Shown: positions 57,681 through 64,000 of the stretch, piece by piece | Numbering within the stretch: the first letter of the stretch is position 1 | Layout: every line of letters begins with the position of its first letter | Assembly (NCBI RefSeq): GCF_032444005.1 | Contig: NC_091285.1 | Coordinates: 19,840,001-19,904,000 of the forward strand | From: Ranitomeya imitator | Lineage: Eukaryota | Direction of reading: 5' to 3' | Length of the DNA stretch: 64,000 bases | Made by a program: the position numbers and the translations under genes | Notes under the pieces: generated by a model | The model's database searches: none | Told to the model about the DNA's origin: nothing | The model's input: the letters and a program-made list of their open reading frames with translations, nothing else

Positions 57681-58583
57681 AAAGCAGCCAGAGGTGAACA
57701 CAATAAAGATGGCCGCTGCTCATGGGCCACTGCCGTGTGCTTTTCCCCAGGGCAAAATTTGCCAACCTGACCCTGCTCCAACCTGTGATCGTACGATGGC
57801 ATACACTAAATACTGCAGTATATACTGAGGCATGATGGCTCATATGAGTATCTGAAAACCCCCTCACCACACATGAGGACCCCAGGGCGGCTCTACAGTT
57901 ACATCCATATGGACCAAACAGTTATATATGACGCTGTTGAATTGTTTTTTTGGTGCTTTTATTTCCTTTAGATTTCTTTTGGGAACCAGAAATAACCTAT
58001 GTAAAAAAACATTTGTACAATCCCAGTGTTTCTGCACTAAAAATAAACCATATAAAAACTGCATCAAATCTGTACCAAAAACTAAAAAAAAGATAAAACA
58101 TAAAAAGCATTAAAAACACAATGATCAGAGTAGATTTCTATTGTGGTTTTCGGTGCTGACACCTTAGATTAGTAACATTTCTTTCATGTAGTAACATGAT
58201 CGTAGGAAGGAACTTTCCTTCTTTTGCCCTCCATAGTCTCTGTGCTGCACTATTATGGCTGTGATCCCATTCTGGCAGTTTGCTGCTCTTTTATGTCTTT
58301 TTTTCTGATCTCCTCTCAGCTGATTTATAACCACAGACAAAATCAAACTTGAGCACGGAAACAAAAGAGTCTGTAAAAGCCAAACGGTGCAAAAACTTTA
58401 ATGAAACCCACTTGATAAAAAATATATTTTAACCCTAAAAACAGGCATTTAAGTAGAAATAAAATGTCCCCAAAGGTGGACAACCCCCCGTATCTTAACC
58501 TTACAGTCTTACTCTCATTATAAATGGTTAAAATTGCAAAGTGCCATTAAAAGCAAGGTGCTGAAATTTATTTATTGACATTA

Positions 58584-59683
58584 CACAGGTCTGCGACTAA
58601 AAAGCCGTTTGATTATTTTCATCTAATTTCCATGTATTTTGGTGTGCTGAAAACGAAAAAAATATTGAAAAAAATCCCGGACGTCAGGATTTGCCACGAA
58701 ATGCAAAATTCTCTTCAAATTTAATATATTTTTCTCAATTTTTGGTATTTTTTTTTTATCTTAGGGTTTTGAAAGTCAAAATTACTATTGATTAATTCAC
58801 ATCAATGAATTGAAGACATACAATGCCCAAAAAATATAACTTTCAAAGAAAAGAACTTTCAGAGTGAGCTAATGAAACCAGCATCAACTCAGCTCGGGCT
58901 TGAATCAATTGTTTTATCTTGGTTCTCGCCTGTTCACACTTCTTCATCTCCGTTCGTGTTAGCTCATCATATTCAACCGTGTTTCCCAAAATTAGCATTA
59001 TGGCTCAGCGGAAGTGTATTAATTCGCCTGACAGTTTCTGTTACATTTGTGGTGAATGTCCTCAAAAAGAAGGGTGATTTGCATTTAAAGAGGTCGTAGA
59101 GACATTTTTAGGCAATAACAAAGACCTTGACTACAAAAAAATCGTCGAACGAATGCTGAAAGCATTTCAAGCTTTAGGTTGCCTGATGAGTTTGTGCATT
59201 TCCTCCATTCCCACCTTGACAACTTTCCTGAAAATTTGGGAGCTGTGAGTGAAGAGCAAGGTGAACGATTCCACCAGGACATTAAAGAGATGGAAAGAAG
59301 ATACCGGGGAAGATGGAGCATTACAATGATGGAAGACAACTGTTGGACGCTTCAGAGAGACATTCCAGATGCTCCTCACAAGCGTAAATGTACCAAGAGA
59401 AGCCTCACAGGGAAGAAGAATCGATTTTAGTGTGTGTTAGTGACCTCATTGCAGTTAAAAAATGATTTTCATGAAACATTTGTAATAAAAAAATTAATTT
59501 TATGAGTCTATTTTCATTTATTTTGAAGTATTGTCTTATTTAACATAGTTACTTAAATTGGCAGAAAACGTGATGTCCTATGACAAAACGGAGGTCATTT
59601 TCGGATTCAGCGCACTTAAAATCCTTAAGACTATGTGGAATAACCAAAACAGTTGTTGGAAAAATTTTTTTTGCAGACCTGTG
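58584..59683 (+). mobile_element. Internally deleted Chapaev3 (CMC superfamily) DNA transposon
   Basis: TTA|cacaggtctgc ... gcagacctgtg|TTA. N-terminus MAQRKCINSPDSFCYICGE at 59000. C-terminus HFLHSHLDNFPENLGAVSEEQGERFHQDI. The paralogous site near 43983 has a single TTA. Confidence 0.8.
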
Positions 59684-59975
59684 TTATCAATGAATGTTAT
59701 TGTGACAGCTTGGTGCTTAGGTTACCGACCACCGCTGCGTCTATCAAGCTCTTTTCTATAGAACTTATAAGCAATGGTGGAAAGCTGCCTGATCTCTGGT
59801 TCTGCTTCAGTGCAATTGTGCTCCTCTGATGGAGCAAAGGCAAAGCTGACCCTGATAGTATCATCCAAGGGCACAAAGAGAATCCAAACTGTAAATCAGG
59901 AGCACAGGCATGAAATATGGAGCGGTGCGGTCCTAAACTGCAATGATGATAGAGCACCTCAAAGGGTGTTATTTC

Positions 59976-61577
59976 CTATCCTGTAATCCTTATCCAGCTA
60001 TCCACATAGCTTCCATTAACCTTTCTCCAATATACAAATAATGCAGCATGGAGGGGCTCGGAGAAGGTGGCAGTGAAGGTGTGTAAGTGTCTAATGGGGT
60101 CACACAGCTGATAAAAGGACAACTGCCCGCCCTCATAATCCAGACATATCCTGACTCTATCACTGGAGATCTTGTCAAGTAAGCGGATCTCTTTCCTGTC
60201 ATGTCTCACAAGATACTGATTATCATATCTCCACAAACTCCAGGACTTGTTATTTCCTCCAATCAGTGACTGATATCCCCTCCTGTCTATACTGGGATAA
60301 CAGATCCCCACCCTCCACCACCCTGAACTACTGATCTCCACATCCCAGTAATGTCGTCCTGAGGTAAATCCTCTCCTGCTCATCACCTGATTATAATCCT
60401 GGAATCTCTCTGCTGTTTCTGGACGTTTCTGATTCTCTCCTGTCCAGGTTGCAGTTTTCAGGTCGTCTGATATAAGGAGATTATTAGCAGCTGTGGTTAC
60501 ATCCAGTAATATGTCTGCAGGATCCTCCACATAGATCCCGCTCCTTATACCTGATATTACCTCAGATAATGTGTGTAATGTGTGTGAGATCACAGCCACA
60601 TCCAGGTCATCTCCATCATGGAGCTGTTTATCATGTCCTCCTGTGTCCTCATCACCTCCCTCCTCCTCAGGATCACACAAGTCACCGGTGTCTGGTTCCT
60701 GTAAGACAGTCAGTGGATCCGTCATGTTACACAGCTCCTCAATGTGTCTCATCTTCCTGGACAGCTCGTCCTTCTTTATTTCCAGCTGATGGATCCGAGC
60801 AGACAGTGACAGTGACTCTTCCTTTTCCTGCCTGGAGATCTCACTCAGGACCTTCTTCTCCAGGTCGTCCACCCGTCTCCTGATATCTGTACACAGGGAA
60901 GTGACTCTCTCGGCTTCTCCAGCTGCTTTTTCTTGAGCTTTTCTCCTGCGCTCCTCTGGACTCCGGACTCTTTCCTCAGTCTCCTCTCTCTTTGTGGTCA
61001 GTTTCTGGAGAACATTTCTCAATTTCTCCTTCTTCTTCTCATAGGCCTCATCCAGCATCTTCACCTGATGTCCCCGATGTTCTCCTGCTGAACAATAGAC
61101 ACAGATACAAGCAGCGTCCTCAGTGCAGTAAAATTCCAGGATCTTCTTATGGACAGAACATTTTCTTTTCTCCAGAGAAGTGCTGGGATCAGATAAGACG
61201 TGTTCTGGTGATTTGCTGTGAACCCTCAGGTGTTTATCACACAGAGAAGCCTCACAGAGTAGACAGGATCTAACAGCAGGTACTGGAGAGTCCACACAGT
61301 AAGTGCAGTAGATCCTGGCGATCTCTTGTTCTTGTTGAGTTATCAGGAAACGTTCAGCGACATTATGGAGATTTATGTTCCTCATCAGTGTCGGCAGCTC
61401 CCGAAACTCTTCTCTGCAGTCAGGACAGGAATAAACTCCAGACCCGTCCTGTGTATCCAGCACACGACCAATACAGACCCGGCAGAAGTTGTGTCCACAT
61501 CTCAGCGTTACAGGATCCTTAAAAATAGATAAACAGATGGAGCAGAGCAGCTCATCCCTCAGATCAGCAGACGCCAT
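59976..61577 (-). CDS. TRIM E3 ligase copy 5, 533 aa
   Basis: Intact ORF. The start is taken as MASADLRD at 61577, after the conserved acceptor. Confidence 0.95.
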   Translation of the reverse strand: MASADLRDELLCSICLSIFKDPVTLRCGHNFCRVCIGRVLDTQDGSGVYSCPDCREEFRELPTLMRNINLHNVAERFLITQQEQEIARIYCTYCVDSPVPAVRSCLLCEASLCDKHLRVHSKSPEHVLSDPSTSLEKRKCSVHKKILEFYCTEDAACICVYCSAGEHRGHQVKMLDEAYEKKKEKLRNVLQKLTTKREETEERVRSPEERRRKAQEKAAGEAERVTSLCTDIRRRVDDLEKKVLSEISRQEKEESLSLSARIHQLEIKKDELSRKMRHIEELCNMTDPLTVLQEPDTGDLCDPEEEGGDEDTGGHDKQLHDGDDLDVAVISHTLHTLSEVISGIRSGIYVEDPADILLDVTTAANNLLISDDLKTATWTGENQKRPETAERFQDYNQVMSRRGFTSGRHYWDVEISSSGWWRVGICYPSIDRRGYQSLIGGNNKSWSLWRYDNQYLVRHDRKEIRLLDKISSDRVRICLDYEGGQLSFYQLCDPIRHLHTFTATFSEPLHAALFVYWRKVNGSYVDSWIRITG

Positions 61578-61770
61578 GGCTGACGGAAGAAGGAAGGAAA
61601 CTGACCTTCCCTCACCCCGAGTTGTTGTTACACCCATTTCATTAACCCCTTAAGGACAGTTGCGTGCCACTATTTTGTGGAACATACAATGGGTATGGAA
61701 AGTAAATCCATAATGATCCAGCACACCTTATCGATAATAAAAAACATTTACTTTATTCAAATCCTCTTAA

Positions 61771-61836
61771 AGGGAACCTGTCACCTGAATTTGGTGGGAC
61801 TGGTTTTGGGTCATATGGGCGGAGTTTTTGGGTGTT
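61771..61836 (+). mobile_element. T2/Kolobok MITE left end, interrupted by an LTR
   Basis: TTAA|agggaacctgtcacc. Confidence 0.7.
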
Positions 61837-62468
61837 TGTTGTGAATTCTGTGGCAGAGCTCCCTCCTGTGGTCACAAGTGGTACTTCGGCTGATTCCCTC
61901 TGTGAGCTTCTGTTGGTGGAGGAAAGTGGTATTGCGGCTTCTGAGTTTCCTACCTCAGGTGATGTGGTGAGGTCGTTAGGTACTGCTCTACTTAACTCCA
62001 CCTAATGCTTTGATCCTGGCTTCCTGTCAATGTTCCAGTGTTGGACTTGTTTTTCCCTGGATCATTCCTGTGGCCTGCTGCTCTGCATAGCTAAGTTCTT
62101 CTTTGCTATTTGTTTGCTATTTTTTCTGTCCAGCTTGTCTAATTATTTTGCTGGAAGCTCTGGGACGCAAAGGGTGTACCTCCGTGCCGTTAGTTCGGTA
62201 CGGAGGGTCTTTTTGCCCCCTTTGCGTGGTTTTCTTTAGGGTTTTGTGTAGACCGCAAAGTTATCTTTCCTATCCTCGCTCTGTTAAGATAGTCGGGCCT
62301 CACTTTGCTGAATCTATTTCATCCCTACGTTTGTCTTTTCATCTTACTCACAGTCATTATATGTGGGGGGCTGCCTTTTCCTTTGGGGTATTTCTCTGAG
62401 GCAAGGTAGGCTTATTTTCTATCTTCAGGCTAGTTAGTTTCTCAGGCTGTGCCGAGTTGCATAGGCAG
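61837..62468 (+). mobile_element. Truncated Gypsy LTR related to the 36950 family
   Basis: Starts tgttgtgaattc and shares blocks (ctcacagtcattat.tgtggggg, ttctctgaggcaag, ggctgtg.cgag) with the chromovirus LTR. Confidence 0.75.
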
Positions 62469-62469
62469 A

Positions 62470-62957
62470 TTTAGGCCCTGAGAAGCTGATGTGTTCCACC
62501 AACTCCATATTCACCCCCCAGGGAAGAGAAAGCAGACTACAAAGTTAGATGATTTCTGTTAGTTTCTCCTGTTTGTGTTATACCGTTTTGCATACCTGTA
62601 TGTCTTTTTATTATATTTTTATACCTTTTTTCTTACTTTAAGCACTGAACCTTTTTGTATTAAAGCATAAAACTTTAACAGTTGAACCTTGTATGTTCTA
62701 AAGAATCCATTGCCTAAGGTGTGTGAGCCTATGAGTGGTAGACAGTAGTAATATTTCCGTAACTCATCGCCCGTGTGTTCGGTGAGTGGTGGCAGCATGT
62801 ATGAGCGGGTGTGTGGCCTGGGTCGGTGTGTGATTTATGCTCCCATTACATCATAGGACAAAAGTTGAATGCTGGACTGAGAGTGGGGAGATAGATTAAC
62901 CCTTGTAGGTCCAACCCCAAGTCACGTGCTGAGCGGACACGGGACGAATTAGTGACA
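62470..62957 (+). mobile_element. Second LTR-like 3' fragment
   Basis: Ends ...gaattagtgaca; ATTAAA at about 62660. No 5' terminus. Confidence 0.35.
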
Positions 62958-63785
62958 GCACGGAGAGGGATCCGTGACAGGTGGGTTTTCAGGTTCCATC
63001 TGAAGGATCCGAATGTGGTTGATAGTCGGACGTGTTGGGGTAAAGATTTCGAGAGGATAGGGGATATTCGGGAGAAGTCTTGGAGGCAGTTGGGTAAAGA
63101 GCGAATAAGTGTGGAGGAGAAAAGGAGGTCTTGGGAGGACCGGAGATTACGTGAGGGAAGATATCGGGAGATTAGTTTAGATATATATGGAGGAGACAGG
63201 TTATGGATGGCTTTATAGGTCAGTATTAGTAATTTGAACTGGATACGCTGAGGGAATTGGAGCCAGTGAAAAGATTTGCAGAGGGGGAAGCGGAGGAGTA
63301 GCGAGGAGAGAGATGAATTAGTTGGGCAGCAGAGTTAAGGATGGACTGGAGAGGTGCAAGGGTGTTAGCAGGGAGGCAACAGAAAAGGACGTTGCAGTAG
63401 TTGAGGCGGAAGATGATGAGGGCATGCACAAGCATTTTAGTAGATTGACGGTTGAGGAATGGACAGATTCTGGAGATATTTTTGAGCTGGAGGCGACAGG
63501 AGGTGGAAAGAGCTTGGATATGTGGTTTGAAGGACAGGGCAGAGTCAAGTGTTACTCCGAGGCAGCGGACTTACGGTACGGGGGAAAGAGTGATGTTGTT
63601 AATTGCGATAGGTCAGATAATGAAGATCTATGAGATGGAGGAAAGAGGAGTTCAGATTTGTCCACATTGAGTTTGAGGAAGTGAGAGGAAAAGGAGGATA
63701 TGGCTGATAGACACTCTGGGATCTTGGACAGCAGAGAGGTGACGTCTGGGCCAAAGAGGTAGATCTGAGTGTCATCAGCATAACA
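62958..63785 (-). mobile_element. L2 LINE RT C-terminal fragment
   Basis: HCYADDTQIY...LKLNVDKSEL and LVHALIIFRLNYCN.L...LP...LAPLQSILNSAA.LI. Confidence 0.9.
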
Positions 63786-64000
63786 ATGACTTCCACTGGC
63801 CAGCATTTTTCTCACTTCTCCCCTCTCCGGTCCCACCACTTTCCCGTCTGGTCCTATCCATATTAGATCTTTAACAGTAGTGATCTGAAGATGTGGAGAG
63901 AACCGGACAGGTGACGGTGAAGAGCAGATGGCCTGGAGAAGTGAGCATAAAGGATTTTATCTGAAAAAAACTTATAACATAATAAGGGGTATTCCATTTG

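Overview
Vertebrate genomic DNA, most likely from a frog. This is inferred from the repeat repertoire (TTAA/AGG T2-Kolobok MITEs, DIRS, Sushi-like chromovirus, L1/L2/CR1, Tc1, Chapaev3) and cannot be confirmed without a search. The window holds a tandem cluster of five minus-strand TRIM genes (RING-Bbox1-Bbox2-coiled coil-PRY/SPRY, each CDS in one exon). Four have intact ORFs of 533-534 aa. The fifth (1..2687) is interrupted by a 1.6-kb insertion made of a 353-bp tandem unit that folds back on itself as a 513-bp-arm palindrome. Every unit carries a type I hammerhead ribozyme motif, and the insertion is flanked by a 15-bp target-site duplication (retrozyme / Penelope pseudo-LTR-like). This is the most unusual object in the window. 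The intergenic space is a dense TE nest: a full-length intact L1 inside a DIRS element, a gag-less chromovirus with an open pol and a self-priming signature, a minisatellite-bearing Helitron, DD34E/DD35E/DD41D Tc1-mariner copies, a Chapaev3 with a visible empty paralogous site, an Env/fusion-like relic and many MITEs. All coordinates were read by eye; boundaries of degenerate fragments are approximate. No database searches or folding programs were run.
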